DNA of 62,199 nucleotides from a virus (IMGVR_UViG_3300043449_001468:1-62199); one strand, 5' to 3'. Counted from the stretch's first letter, positions 46,964-56,538 are shown. Numbers and translations are program-made. Notes: generated by a model not told the origin, from the sequence alone.

Positions 46964-49460
46964 ATCGACGTGGAGCGCCTATCGTGCTCGTGCTATCAAC
47001 GAAGCTCTCGACGATGCACCGTTGGACGTAAAGACGCTTGGTGTCGAACAGATTGCCAAGAAACATGGAAAGTCTGTGGAATATATCGAGAATCAACTCA
47101 AGAGGGGAATAGAAGTTGAGAAAGAACATACGTCCCACCCCGATAAAGCGCGGGAGATTGCCCTCGATCACCTTGGGGAGATTCCCGATTACTATAGCAA
47201 ACTCAAGACACATGTGGAGCCGGATGCCAAGAAGTTAGATGAAGCCTCCTCTTCCGGTAAACACATGCAGGACCATCCCTCATATGGAAATAAGGGGATA
47301 ATTTCTCCTGCATGGCCTAAAGGAACAAAGGTGCACATTCCTCATAATGGAAAAATGGTACATGGTAAAATAGTTCGGTATGATAAAGGAGAGAAACACG
47401 GATCTCCGTTTTATGTGGTGGACCACGGAGCTCCTGAATCTAAGAAAGTCCCTTTGCACCAGATACGTCTTGCTGAATCGATGGAACCGGATCCCGGGCA
47501 TGAGCTGAATTTTAGTGATCACACTGAACATGGGTTTCATGGATATAGTGCAGCCAAAGCACAGCGCGATGCCTACGCCAAGCATTTACAATCATTGGGG
47601 CACAAAGTTCGGAAACATAGTACATCGAATCAACTTCTACATGGTAGGTATGGTAACGTATACAAGGTGAGCTATAATCCAAAACACATTAATGAATCCG
47701 AGATAGCATTCGACGAAAGTGGCCATGAGGGATACAAAGCCAAACTGGAAGAGGGGCATGATCCTTACACTGATTCAACGGGAGAACTGTTCCATCAGCT
47801 ACGCCATAAGAAACTTAAAAAACAGCCTGATGTTCATCAACGATTAGGTGTCCTATTACAATGGCATAAAACGGGTACCATTAAGACCTACGAACTTCAT
47901 CGCCACCTACAAGATTTGTATGGAAAAGACGATCTCCACGAAGAATATGCTCCAGGGCGAGGTCATGAGGGCATGTCCTTGCAACAAGCTGTGGCACACG
48001 CCAAGGAACATGGGCATAGGGTGGCCTATGGAACATCTTCTCGAAAATGGCATTCTATTGGTCCTGCCGATAGAGATTTTGCGTCTCCCTTTTCATATGA
48101 CCCACATGATACCAAAGCAATTAAAAATGCCGCAAAATTTTGGGACCCCAAGACATTAGGCGAATCCTGGCGTCCGGCGTTAGGTCACACATTTCATTCA
48201 AAAACGAATGATGAATTGCGTAAACTTGTCGAGTTACACACCTCTAAGGCTAACGCCATAAAGATCCATGATCCTAATTCATATGAAGCCTCACGGCATA
48301 TGATGTATGCCGATATTGCAAAGAAAATACATGATTGGCGTCAAACAAGAAAAGAGCGACTGGAGGAATCTGAGATTGCGTTCGATGAGAGTGGTCATGA
48401 GGGATACAAAGTCGGAGACTTGGTGGTACCTAAGATAGGACCTCATAAAGGGCAGGTGCATACGGTCATTCATGTTCATCCGACAGGGCATCTCAATATC
48501 AAACCTAATGTGCATGCCTCGCGCAACAAGTATCATTTGGGTGCCGCAAAGGCTGACCCCAAGGACGTGGAGCCACATCGTGATAAGAAGATCCATGAAT
48601 CGTCTGGTATCACAGAGGCCAAAGTACCTATGCCATTAAAGGGGCATCCATATCATCACAAAACGGACGCGGAGTTGAGGTACATTGCAAAAGATGCGAG
48701 GGAAGCCGAAGAAGCTATGGCTGGTCATGACCAGAAGGCAATGCACAAGTATGCCGATCAAAAATGTGATGCATCTACGGTATTGGGGTACCGTCAACGG
48801 GGAGGAACGAGAATTCCCCACCCACTATCTGAATCCTATCAAGTGGGGGATCATGTAATACCTAAGATGGGCCCACACAAAGGACAAACTCACAAGGTCA
48901 TACATGTGTATACTAGCGGTCATGTGAATATTACTCCTACTAAACCTGGAAAGAATCGCTATGCTTTGGGTGCGGCAAAGGCTCATCCAGATGATATTGA
49001 GCGATCCCCAATGAAAGAAGCCAAAGAGAATTCATATTTTTCCAAGCGCCGACACGAAAAAGAAGCAGAATTACGAACTCCCAAACCGCAACGTAAAGTC
49101 AAGACGAATAGCTATTTCCTTGATCGTGCAAAACGGAAAAAACAGGGACTCGATGAAACACGGAGCATAGGCGGGGTGAATCGCACGACGATACAGGAAG
49201 TGTACCAGGCTGCAAAAGATAAACTTAAAGACGCAGATTTTAAGGACGATAAGGCTCTTAGGTCTCGCGGGGACCAGGATCCACAACAAGCTCCCGTGGA
49301 TGCCACGAAACCAGAAAAGACATCTAATGCGCCACCGGCGCCAAAAAACAGCAGAAAGATTCAAGTAAAGGGCCCTGGATCCGAAGATGCCTTTCAGAAA
49401 GATCCTATTGTCACCCCATTGACCACAATGCCGAATCAGAGCCCAGGGATGAAGTCCTAG
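46908..49460 (+). CDS. modular His/Lys-rich putative internal-head polyprotein (DUF5661-like and KOW/SH3-like modules)
   Basis: GIEVEKEH...AREIALDHL.E.PDYY.KL module; duplicated Y.VGD.V.PK.GPHKGQ modules; repeated (L/I)xE-S/A linkers. Confidence 0.7.
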   Translation: MKKFKSLSRTVPSKIPLNESTWSAYRARAINEALDDAPLDVKTLGVEQIAKKHGKSVEYIENQLKRGIEVEKEHTSHPDKAREIALDHLGEIPDYYSKLKTHVEPDAKKLDEASSSGKHMQDHPSYGNKGIISPAWPKGTKVHIPHNGKMVHGKIVRYDKGEKHGSPFYVVDHGAPESKKVPLHQIRLAESMEPDPGHELNFSDHTEHGFHGYSAAKAQRDAYAKHLQSLGHKVRKHSTSNQLLHGRYGNVYKVSYNPKHINESEIAFDESGHEGYKAKLEEGHDPYTDSTGELFHQLRHKKLKKQPDVHQRLGVLLQWHKTGTIKTYELHRHLQDLYGKDDLHEEYAPGRGHEGMSLQQAVAHAKEHGHRVAYGTSSRKWHSIGPADRDFASPFSYDPHDTKAIKNAAKFWDPKTLGESWRPALGHTFHSKTNDELRKLVELHTSKANAIKIHDPNSYEASRHMMYADIAKKIHDWRQTRKERLEESEIAFDESGHEGYKVGDLVVPKIGPHKGQVHTVIHVHPTGHLNIKPNVHASRNKYHLGAAKADPKDVEPHRDKKIHESSGITEAKVPMPLKGHPYHHKTDAELRYIAKDAREAEEAMAGHDQKAMHKYADQKCDASTVLGYRQRGGTRIPHPLSESYQVGDHVIPKMGPHKGQTHKVIHVYTSGHVNITPTKPGKNRYALGAAKAHPDDIERSPMKEAKENSYFSKRRHEKEAELRTPKPQRKVKTNSYFLDRAKRKKQGLDETRSIGGVNRTTIQEVYQAAKDKLKDADFKDDKALRSRGDQDPQQAPVDATKPEKTSNAPPAPKNSRKIQVKGPGSEDAFQKDPIVTPLTTMPNQSPGMKS

Positions 49461-49472
49461 GGTCTGGAAAGA

Positions 49473-49480
49473 TATAAATA
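49473..49480 (+). promoter_or_regulatory. T4-type late promoter TATAAATA
   Basis: Exact match 4 nt before ATG 49485. Confidence 0.75.
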
Positions 49481-49484
49481 GGGT

Positions 49485-50000
49485 ATGATCAGAGATTCAC
49501 GAGCAATCATCTATAGCGACTCCGATGGGGTTATCGCAGACTTTCTGGCCGGCGCCGCTAAGGTATTAGGGCATGCATGGGATAGCCATCATGCGGATCA
49601 TCCTAGCAAGGACGAGCGGGGGCGTATTCTGAACCGTCACGAGACGTTTTGGGAAACGCTTCCTCCTATGCCCGACTGGCAGGTCTATTGGAATTTTATC
49701 AAAAAATATGATCCCATGATCTTAACTGCGGTTCCTTCATGGGATCACAACTTTGCTGAAGTGGAGGCAGGAAAGCGCGAATGGTATCGAAGACACATTC
49801 CTTCGCTTCCATCAAACAGAATTCTGGTGGTACATCGCCAAGATAAACAACGCTATGCGATGCATGGGCAAGTTCGGAACATACTGATAGACGATCACGC
49901 CAAGAATTGTCAGGAGTTTGAGGCAGCAGGAGGGATAGCGATCCTTCATCACAATGCAAAGTCAACTATTATCCTACTCAAATCATTAGGATATCACTAA
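49485..50000 (+). CDS. 5'(3')-deoxyribonucleotidase-like HAD phosphatase
   Basis: DSDGVIADF, FW..L..MPD, ILTA, K..W, ILIDD...N...F...GG..I.H. Confidence 0.85.
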   Translation: MIRDSRAIIYSDSDGVIADFLAGAAKVLGHAWDSHHADHPSKDERGRILNRHETFWETLPPMPDWQVYWNFIKKYDPMILTAVPSWDHNFAEVEAGKREWYRRHIPSLPSNRILVVHRQDKQRYAMHGQVRNILIDDHAKNCQEFEAAGGIAILHHNAKSTIILLKSLGYH

Positions 50001-50018
50001 CAAAAGGGAGATACTACT

Positions 50019-50822
50019 ATGTCACTTTGGTCAGCAACCGATGCCAATACTGGCGCACCAAAATTTGCCCCTCTCGCTGGTCATGGAATTTCTGCCAACG
50101 GAGATGTGTTATTTGACAATGTGACCGTGGGGGTATTTAAGTCTAATGTCGCGGTTGGAATCTTTGGGGTAGATGCCTCAGAAGCGGCCAACACGAGTAT
50201 GGAAGGTCACCGCGGATATCATGCCGGCTGGGTCACTCGCATGCAGGGTACAGGTCCTGTGCAGAGCATCGCGATTGTTTCTGGAGGTAAAGGATATACT
50301 GATGGGTATTTGACCATCACGGGCGGTGGCACCGGAAACAATGCCGCCAATGCCTCATTTACGGTTCGGGCCAATGGCTCTGTGGACGGCATTACAGTTG
50401 GTACTCCTGGCGCGGGGTATTCCAACGGCTATCTGACCATCACAGGGGGTGGCACTGGTAACGTGGCCGCCAATGCGTCTTATACCGTCAACGCCGCTGG
50501 CAATATTGTCAGTGTGGTCATTCATTCAGGTGGATCAAACTATGATTCTGTGCCTACAGTGGTTGCACTGGGTGCCAACACTGAAACTGCGGTGCTTACG
50601 GCTACCTGTAACACTGGCGTGATTACCGCGATTACCTTGGGAACCCCAGGATCGAATTATGTCACGACCCCAGCGGCCGCTGCACTGGGTGCCAATAATG
50701 CAACAGCAACATTTGCCGTTACGATGGGCGGTCGCGCCAATCGTGTTGCCTATGAAACAATTGCCGCACTGGGAAGCATCGCTGCCGATGCTGGAGCCGA
50801 TGACGCGGTGTTTGGCGTCTAA
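50019..50822 (+). CDS. Gly/Thr/Ala-rich virion structural protein with internal repeats
   Basis: MSLW start, HAGWV, duplicated GY..GYLTITGGGTGN.AANAS.TV, GGRA.RV.YET. Confidence 0.7.
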   Translation: MSLWSATDANTGAPKFAPLAGHGISANGDVLFDNVTVGVFKSNVAVGIFGVDASEAANTSMEGHRGYHAGWVTRMQGTGPVQSIAIVSGGKGYTDGYLTITGGGTGNNAANASFTVRANGSVDGITVGTPGAGYSNGYLTITGGGTGNVAANASYTVNAAGNIVSVVIHSGGSNYDSVPTVVALGANTETAVLTATCNTGVITAITLGTPGSNYVTTPAAAALGANNATATFAVTMGGRANRVAYETIAALGSIAADAGADDAVFGV

Positions 50823-51232
50823 TGCAACCGTTTAAGCAATACATGCAAGAATGCCTAGATGGCGGGGAATCACTCCCTGCCATCATGGGCACATCATATG
50901 CAGCAGATCTTCATGATGCGATCATGCGAGAAAGTATTAATTTCGCGATGCTTGATATCGTAGATACGACCGAGCATCCTGAGGTTGCCTATGAACGGAT
51001 CCGTGAAATTCTCACTGATGTTGGATATGAATTACCTCCAGCCTCTAGTCTGTCTGAGATCTTTGGACAAGAATCTGGAGAAGAGGTATTTGCTCTTGGA
51101 ATGAATACCCCGAACGCCCCCATGATATATCTATACTTTGCGTATAGTATCGACGAATCGGGGGGAGTTGAGATCTTAGCGGAACTGCTCACAGAGGATG
51201 AATTGGAAGAGTTAATCTCGAATGAGGACTAA
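50822..51232 (+). CDS. acidic hypothetical protein
   Basis: N-terminus MQPFKQYMQE resembles a capsid-targeting sequence. Confidence 0.6.
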   Translation: MQPFKQYMQECLDGGESLPAIMGTSYAADLHDAIMRESINFAMLDIVDTTEHPEVAYERIREILTDVGYELPPASSLSEIFGQESGEEVFALGMNTPNAPMIYLYFAYSIDESGGVEILAELLTEDELEELISNED

Positions 51233-51660
51233 TGTTTGATAATCTACACCGTGATAATGTTCTTTTGTTTGCCATAAAATCATATGACAAACCCAATTGT
51301 GTACTCAGTGAATTGGATGAGGATATTAAACATTTTAGTTATGTAAAAAGATTGTTTCGCCGATACCTCATACAGGGAGAACTAAAGGAACGACTCATAC
51401 TCAATCATCTGATGATACTCTATAATTTATTTGGGCCAGCGGCGACTCGGCTGCTCTTTTATCATAGCAAACCAGACGAATATGCGGCACTCAAGACTTT
51501 TTTGTTGTTTTTGAATTATCTACCTGATCGAATTGACGGGATACGAGGCACCACTATAGTATCATCAGATATACCGATTGACCCTGGCATCGTTCGCGCA
51601 CTACGAAAGTTAATGTCCAATGGAAGCCTTGCTCAAACTGTTGACCAAATTGAACCCTAA
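51232..51660 (+). CDS. conserved T4-like hypothetical protein
   Basis: N.LLFAIK.YD.P.C, Y.KRL.RRY, L.ERLILNH...LYN.FG, LKTFL.FLN. Confidence 0.8.
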   Translation: MFDNLHRDNVLLFAIKSYDKPNCVLSELDEDIKHFSYVKRLFRRYLIQGELKERLILNHLMILYNLFGPAATRLLFYHSKPDEYAALKTFLLFLNYLPDRIDGIRGTTIVSSDIPIDPGIVRALRKLMSNGSLAQTVDQIEP

Positions 51661-51928
51661 GGCACACAATTCGTTTGCCTATAAAGTAATGGAATGGATT
51701 GTCATGATTACGATGATCTATGGTGTCTATGCGTCAGGTTCGGCAAGTCTCAATGCCGCAAAGTCAAACCGAGACGAACAACTTAGGGGATATGCGGTAC
51801 AGATGGGTATTAATCATGCCGAGATTTATGCCCTGAAAGAAGATGCTGAACAACTTCGTGCATGGAATAGAGCCCTCTCGGCGCGAATTAACCGACTTGA
51901 AGATATTGCACTGCGAAAGGTCAAATAA
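51620..51928 (+). CDS. membrane/coiled-coil hypothetical protein
   Basis: One hydrophobic helix followed by a coiled coil. Confidence 0.5.
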   Translation: MEALLKLLTKLNPKAHNSFAYKVMEWIVMITMIYGVYASGSASLNAAKSNRDEQLRGYAVQMGINHAEIYALKEDAEQLRAWNRALSARINRLEDIALRKVK

Positions 51929-52506
51929 TGCACCTCATCATTGAATCTGTAGCACCGCGTTTGGATGAGTATCTGCATACATTTTGCACGTTTGTGTGTG
52001 ATAAACTTGGTATCCTCACATGCCCCCCACTTTCTTTTGTGGAGAAAACTGGACACTCTTCGTTTGGCTCATATCATCCATCGAAAGGTACGGTCATCGT
52101 GGCCACCGGAGGTCGTCATGTGGCTGATATTCTGAGGACCTTGGCCCATGAACTGGTGCACGATGCACAGATCACTCAGAATTCTCCTCTAGATCTCGAA
52201 GGACTAGAATATGAGGCTAACGCAATTTCGGGTATGTTATTGCGGGATTGGAATCGAGCACATCCTGAGTTATATGGAGCCACGGAACCTGGTGTTGGGT
52301 CCGATGAAGAAGGAGAATCGCAAGGAGTCACATTCCCTGACACCACGAGACCTAGCGGGCCCATTGAATTTGTAGAAGAGATGACGGCTGGAGCGGGAGA
52401 TGTCGCTGGTATTGGGATTGGGCCTCAGGGAGAACCTCCTGTACGAAAATCTAGAATGCTGCGACGGGTGCCCAAGACCTTGAAGCAATTTGTAGGGAGG
52501 ACATGA
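51928..52506 (+). CDS. HEXXH metallopeptidase-like protein
   Basis: RH.ADILRTLAHELVH..Q ... E.EANA. Confidence 0.75.
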   Translation: MHLIIESVAPRLDEYLHTFCTFVCDKLGILTCPPLSFVEKTGHSSFGSYHPSKGTVIVATGGRHVADILRTLAHELVHDAQITQNSPLDLEGLEYEANAISGMLLRDWNRAHPELYGATEPGVGSDEEGESQGVTFPDTTRPSGPIEFVEEMTAGAGDVAGIGIGPQGEPPVRKSRMLRRVPKTLKQFVGRT

Positions 52507-52507
52507 T

Positions 52508-52582
52508 ATGAGTGGACCTGGAGATTTTTTCAAAGCGGCTGGTGGTATTCTGGCTCAGATTGCTCCAACTATTTCCCATTGA
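52508..52582 (+). pseudogene. orphaned original 5' end of the holin-like gene
   Basis: MSGPGDFFKAAGGILAQIAPTISH* aligns with the N-terminus (AKSILSAVAPTM) of 53298..53834. Confidence 0.7.
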
Positions 52583-52596
52583 GATAGGAATTTAAT

Positions 52597-53301
52597 GTGT
52601 TTACTATCTATACGATAACGAACGTGTTGAATGGAGAATTCTATATTGGATTTACCACCAAGAGCCCACATACTAGGTTCACTCAACATTGCGAGCCTGG
52701 TAATAAGAAGAATAACCATTTCCACAATGCCATCCATAAATATGGAAAACAAAATTTTACAGTAACTGTACTCGAAATGGGAGAAAATAGAGAGTATGGC
52801 AAAAATGTTGCCGAGAAATTATATATTAAATGGTTGAAGCCGCAGTACAATAAGACAGAAGGTGGGGATGGAGTTCTCGGACAAGCAGGAACAAAGAATC
52901 CATTTTATGGAAAAAGACACACAGAAGAGACACGGAAATTACTAAGTCAGAAATGTAAAGGCAGAAAACACACACCAGAGGAACGGGCAAAACAAAGCCT
53001 TGCTCAAATTGGAAAACCTCGCAAAAAGTCAAAGCCCCCTTGGAACAAAGGCATAAAAACTGGGCCCATTTCAGATGAGCACAGAGCTAAATTGAAGGGA
53101 AGGATTGTGTGGAATAAAGGAATTAAAACTGGTATGTTGCATTCCGAAGAATGGAAACAATACATGTCGGCAAAAATGACAGGTCGAGCGCAACGCCGAA
53201 CACAAACAAGATGCCCGCATTGCCAAAAAGTCGGGTCTACATCTAACATGAAGCGGTATCATTTCGACAAGTGTAAAAAGCCACTGGAGACGCACATATG
53301 A
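52597..53301 (+). mobile_element. GIY-YIG homing endonuclease with NUMOD3 repeats
   Basis: IYTITN.LNG.FYIG, YNKTEGGDG, NPFYGKRHTEET, PWNKG x2, CPHC..M.RYHFDKC. Confidence 0.9.
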
Positions 53302-53834
53302 ATATGTCAGATATCACCAATACCGCCAAGAGTATACTATCTGCCGTTGCTCCAACGATGGCATCAGCATTTTTAGGTCCAATGGGTGGTATCGCTACAC
53401 AAAAGCTCATTAGTGCCCTTGGGCTTGCTCCTGACTCGACACATGAACAAACCATGCAAGCTCTTGCTGGAGCAACTCCAGATCAATTACTGGAAATTAA
53501 AAAAGCCGAGCAAGAGTTTATTGTGGACATGAAGCGATTGGATGTGGATATCCTGCGACTGGAAGCTGAAGATAAGGACTCAGCCAGGCGTCGAGAGGTG
53601 GAAACACAAGATTGGACGCCACGAGTCATTGCCGCATTAATCCTTGGCCTTTATGTTACAGTGCAATGGTATATCCTTGGAAATGTCATCGAGGCAAGTA
53701 TGAGAGAAATTGTCCTCAGATCCATGGGGACCCTAGACGCGGCCGTAGGGTTGGTGTTGGGTTATTATTTTGGTTCGTCCATTGGTTCACATGCCAAAGA
53801 TAAAACCATAGAAAGCATGCAAGGGAAATCCTAA
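53298..53834 (+). CDS. holin-like membrane protein
   Basis: APT.A..L.GP.GG, D.DSARRRE, two TM helices, YYFGSS.GS..KD. Confidence 0.65.
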   Translation: MNMSDITNTAKSILSAVAPTMASAFLGPMGGIATQKLISALGLAPDSTHEQTMQALAGATPDQLLEIKKAEQEFIVDMKRLDVDILRLEAEDKDSARRREVETQDWTPRVIAALILGLYVTVQWYILGNVIEASMREIVLRSMGTLDAAVGLVLGYYFGSSIGSHAKDKTIESMQGKS

Positions 53835-54274
53835 TGGCACCAGAGATGGATGTTCTACCAGAGTGCCAAAAAGGATTCACCGACATTAGGCTTGCCGTCG
53901 GGCTGATGGAACGAGATATTCTCACGCACGGAAAGGTTCTCGATAAACTAACCGAAGCTGTCGAGAAGATTCAGGAGATGAATGCCTCATTGGTACGCAT
54001 GATTGACCTCCAAGAACTCAAGCATGATGGGCATGTGAAATTTGAGGATACCACAACGGAAGAGTTAAAGGAAATCTCAACTCGTATCGATGTGGTACAC
54101 AAGGCGGTCTTTGAAGTGGCCTCTGGTGTTCCCACTCAACCAAATGAGGATGTCAATGCAACCCTCAAAGAACTTAATAAATGGCGATGGATCCTTGTGG
54201 GTATGGTATTCATACTGGGATGGTTAATTGCCCATATCAAATGGTCTGTGCTGGCCCAATTGTTCGGAGGATAA
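53834..54274 (+). CDS. coiled-coil protein with C-terminal TM helix
   Basis: L.KWRWILVG plus hydrophobic tail; upstream of primase. Confidence 0.6.
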   Translation: MAPEMDVLPECQKGFTDIRLAVGLMERDILTHGKVLDKLTEAVEKIQEMNASLVRMIDLQELKHDGHVKFEDTTTEELKEISTRIDVVHKAVFEVASGVPTQPNEDVNATLKELNKWRWILVGMVFILGWLIAHIKWSVLAQLFGG

Positions 54275-54383
54275 ACATGTCTAATCTTATCCTTCGTCGA
54301 TTATACCCCGAACCCTTCATTGTAAACTGTGGCTGGTAATAGTCGATACTAACTACCTGCAACACTTTTATAGATTGGGAAAT

Positions 54384-54743
54384 ATGAAAACACTTATAGA
54401 GTTTATCGGCGAATCCAAACAATCCAAACATCCTATATTTGCGGGATTAAAACTTCCCAGTGGCCGTGAATCCAGTTATGACCACGTAAAAGGCGAATAT
54501 CGCTGGGTCAAGCATGGAGGATATGCAGATGCGCCGATAAAAAGTCTTTCTGATTCTATAGACAAGCAACGATGGAAAAAGCTTGATCCCACCGACCACT
54601 CCTCTCCAGATGGAAACGTGATGGGGCTCGGAACTCATTATCGTAATGGTGAACATGTGCTATCCATGCATTCCCTGTATGGTAGCACAAAACATAACAA
54701 CTACCATACTATTTCACTTGTCCACAAGCCCGTTAAGAAATAA
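54384..54743 (+). CDS. putative internal head protein (IP-like)
   Basis: N-terminus MKTLIEFIGE resembles the T4 IP capsid-targeting sequence MKTYQEFIAE; basic and His-rich body. Confidence 0.6.
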   Translation: MKTLIEFIGESKQSKHPIFAGLKLPSGRESSYDHVKGEYRWVKHGGYADAPIKSLSDSIDKQRWKKLDPTDHSSPDGNVMGLGTHYRNGEHVLSMHSLYGSTKHNNYHTISLVHKPVKK

Positions 54744-54746
54744 GTC

Positions 54747-54775
54747 TTGCATTCTCCTTTGTTTTGATATATACT
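54747..54775 (+). promoter_or_regulatory. early promoter TTGCAT-N17-TATACT
   Basis: Boxes visible upstream of primase. Confidence 0.55.
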
Positions 54776-54784
54776 AGATACACT

Positions 54785-55846
54785 ATGTCTCTTCATGTAG
54801 ATTTGAAATATGCCAGTTTACTTGCCTGCCATCTGGAAAAATTCACCCGCAAGGGAGATTATCTCTTCAATTTCAGGTGCCCTCTTTGTGGGGACTCTCA
54901 AACCAAAAAAACAAAGTGTCGTGGCTACATATATCGAGCACGTCAGCGCCTGAAATTCAAATGCCACAATTGCCTTGAAAATCAATGGCTCGGCGCGATT
55001 ATTAAACAGGTCGCGCCAACCCTCTATAAGGAATATATACTTGAGACGTTCTTGGGCACGCCATCTGTCCTAGCACCTCCACAAAGTCGAAGTATTGTGC
55101 AAGGCCCCGATACGGGCATGAGATTTGGCCTCGTTGAGCCTCAAATCTATCAGCATGCAGAAAAGATTTCTGATCTGCCAGAAGCGCACTATTGCCGTCA
55201 GTATGTAAAGTCGCGTCAAATACCCGTTCAGTTCTGGAATAAACTATACTTTACGGCACACTATAAAGATTTTTTGGATGAGGTGTTTCCCGAACATGGG
55301 AAACCAGTCAAAGACGATGCGCGACTGGTGATCCCATACTACTCACCATATGGGGAAGTTGTTGCGGTTACAGGGCGTGCCCTGGAAAATGGCAATAACA
55401 AAATTCGATATGTCACGGTGCGAGCACCCCAAGATACCCATAAGCTGATCTATGGGCTGGATCGTGTCGATCAAGGTAAGCGGGTATTGGTGGTCGAAGG
55501 TCCATTGGATTCATTGTTTCTCGACAACGCGGTGGCATCCGGGGACGCCAATCTGATCGCCGTGGAAGCCTCATTGTCGGCCGCTCAAGTGACCCTCATC
55601 TACGATAACGAAAAACGCAATGCGGATATCGTGCGCCAGATGGAACGTGCCATCAATATGGGTCATTCGGTGGTCATCTGGCCTGACTGGCTGAAAGAAA
55701 AAGATATCAATGCAATGATCCTGGCTGGAAATTCGCAAGCGGTCATACACAGTATTATACATAGTCATACATATTCAGGATTGAGAGCGTTGGTGCATCT
55801 TAACAATTGGAAGAAAACTCCAAGCAGAAAGGAAATGTTGGTATGA
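54785..55846 (+). CDS. gp61: gp61 DNA primase
   Basis: NFRCP.CGDS...RG, CHNC, RLVIP, VEGP.DSLF, DNE.RN, KDIN.M. Confidence 0.95.
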   Translation: MSLHVDLKYASLLACHLEKFTRKGDYLFNFRCPLCGDSQTKKTKCRGYIYRARQRLKFKCHNCLENQWLGAIIKQVAPTLYKEYILETFLGTPSVLAPPQSRSIVQGPDTGMRFGLVEPQIYQHAEKISDLPEAHYCRQYVKSRQIPVQFWNKLYFTAHYKDFLDEVFPEHGKPVKDDARLVIPYYSPYGEVVAVTGRALENGNNKIRYVTVRAPQDTHKLIYGLDRVDQGKRVLVVEGPLDSLFLDNAVASGDANLIAVEASLSAAQVTLIYDNEKRNADIVRQMERAINMGHSVVIWPDWLKEKDINAMILAGNSQAVIHSIIHSHTYSGLRALVHLNNWKKTPSRKEMLV

Positions 55847-56538
55847 ATGTTGGTATGAATGATGCGGTTAAATTATTGGACCATGGGCATGTGCGATTGG
55901 TGGATCATATGGGCTCTGACCTCTCGATTGTTCGATCTGCCCGGGTGAGTTATAACGCCGAATGGCGCTCAGGTGAAGATGAAGGTAAAGATTCCAAGTT
56001 GATCAATTATCTGATCAAGAATCGACACACCACACCTTTTGAATCGGTAACATTTACCTTTGAGGTGAAGGCGCCTATCATGGTCTTTCGCCAATGGCAC
56101 CGCCACAGAACGTGGGCATATAATGAGGTCTCCGCACGATACACAGAGTTGCCTGAGGAATACTATATCCCTGCCCTAGAGGTAATCACTTTACAGTCGG
56201 CGAGCAATAAACAAATGCGAACTGATGAATTGCATCCCCAGGGAGAACTGATTCGCAAGATCATGCGAGAATCAAACGAGCGATCCTTTGCGGCCTATAA
56301 ACAATTATTGGGTATTGGGTGCCCCAGAGAACTGGCGCGTTCGGTATTGCCCGTGGCTACATACTCACATATGTTTGCCACCACAAATTTACACAACATG
56401 CTGCATTTCCTGGGTCTCAGATGCCATACCCATGCTCAACATGAAATCCGAGTCTATGCAGTCGCCATGTTAGAACTCATTCGCCCAATTGTCCCTGTGA
56501 CGATTGCGGCATGGGAAGAACATTACAACAAGAAGTAA
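55843..56538 (+). CDS. thyX: flavin-dependent thymidylate synthase
   Basis: ARVSY, H.TPFE, RQW.RHR....NE.SARY, E.AR.VLP, AQ.EIR. Confidence 0.95.
   Translation: MNVGMNDAVKLLDHGHVRLVDHMGSDLSIVRSARVSYNAEWRSGEDEGKDSKLINYLIKNRHTTPFESVTFTFEVKAPIMVFRQWHRHRTWAYNEVSARYTELPEEYYIPALEVITLQSASNKQMRTDELHPQGELIRKIMRESNERSFAAYKQLLGIGCPRELARSVLPVATYSHMFATTNLHNMLHFLGLRCHTHAQHEIRVYAVAMLELIRPIVPVTIAAWEEHYNKK

Noticed and set aside
55834-55861. 12-bp tandem duplication at the primase/thyX junction
   Set aside because: It only adds MNVG to the ThyX start; no evidence of function.
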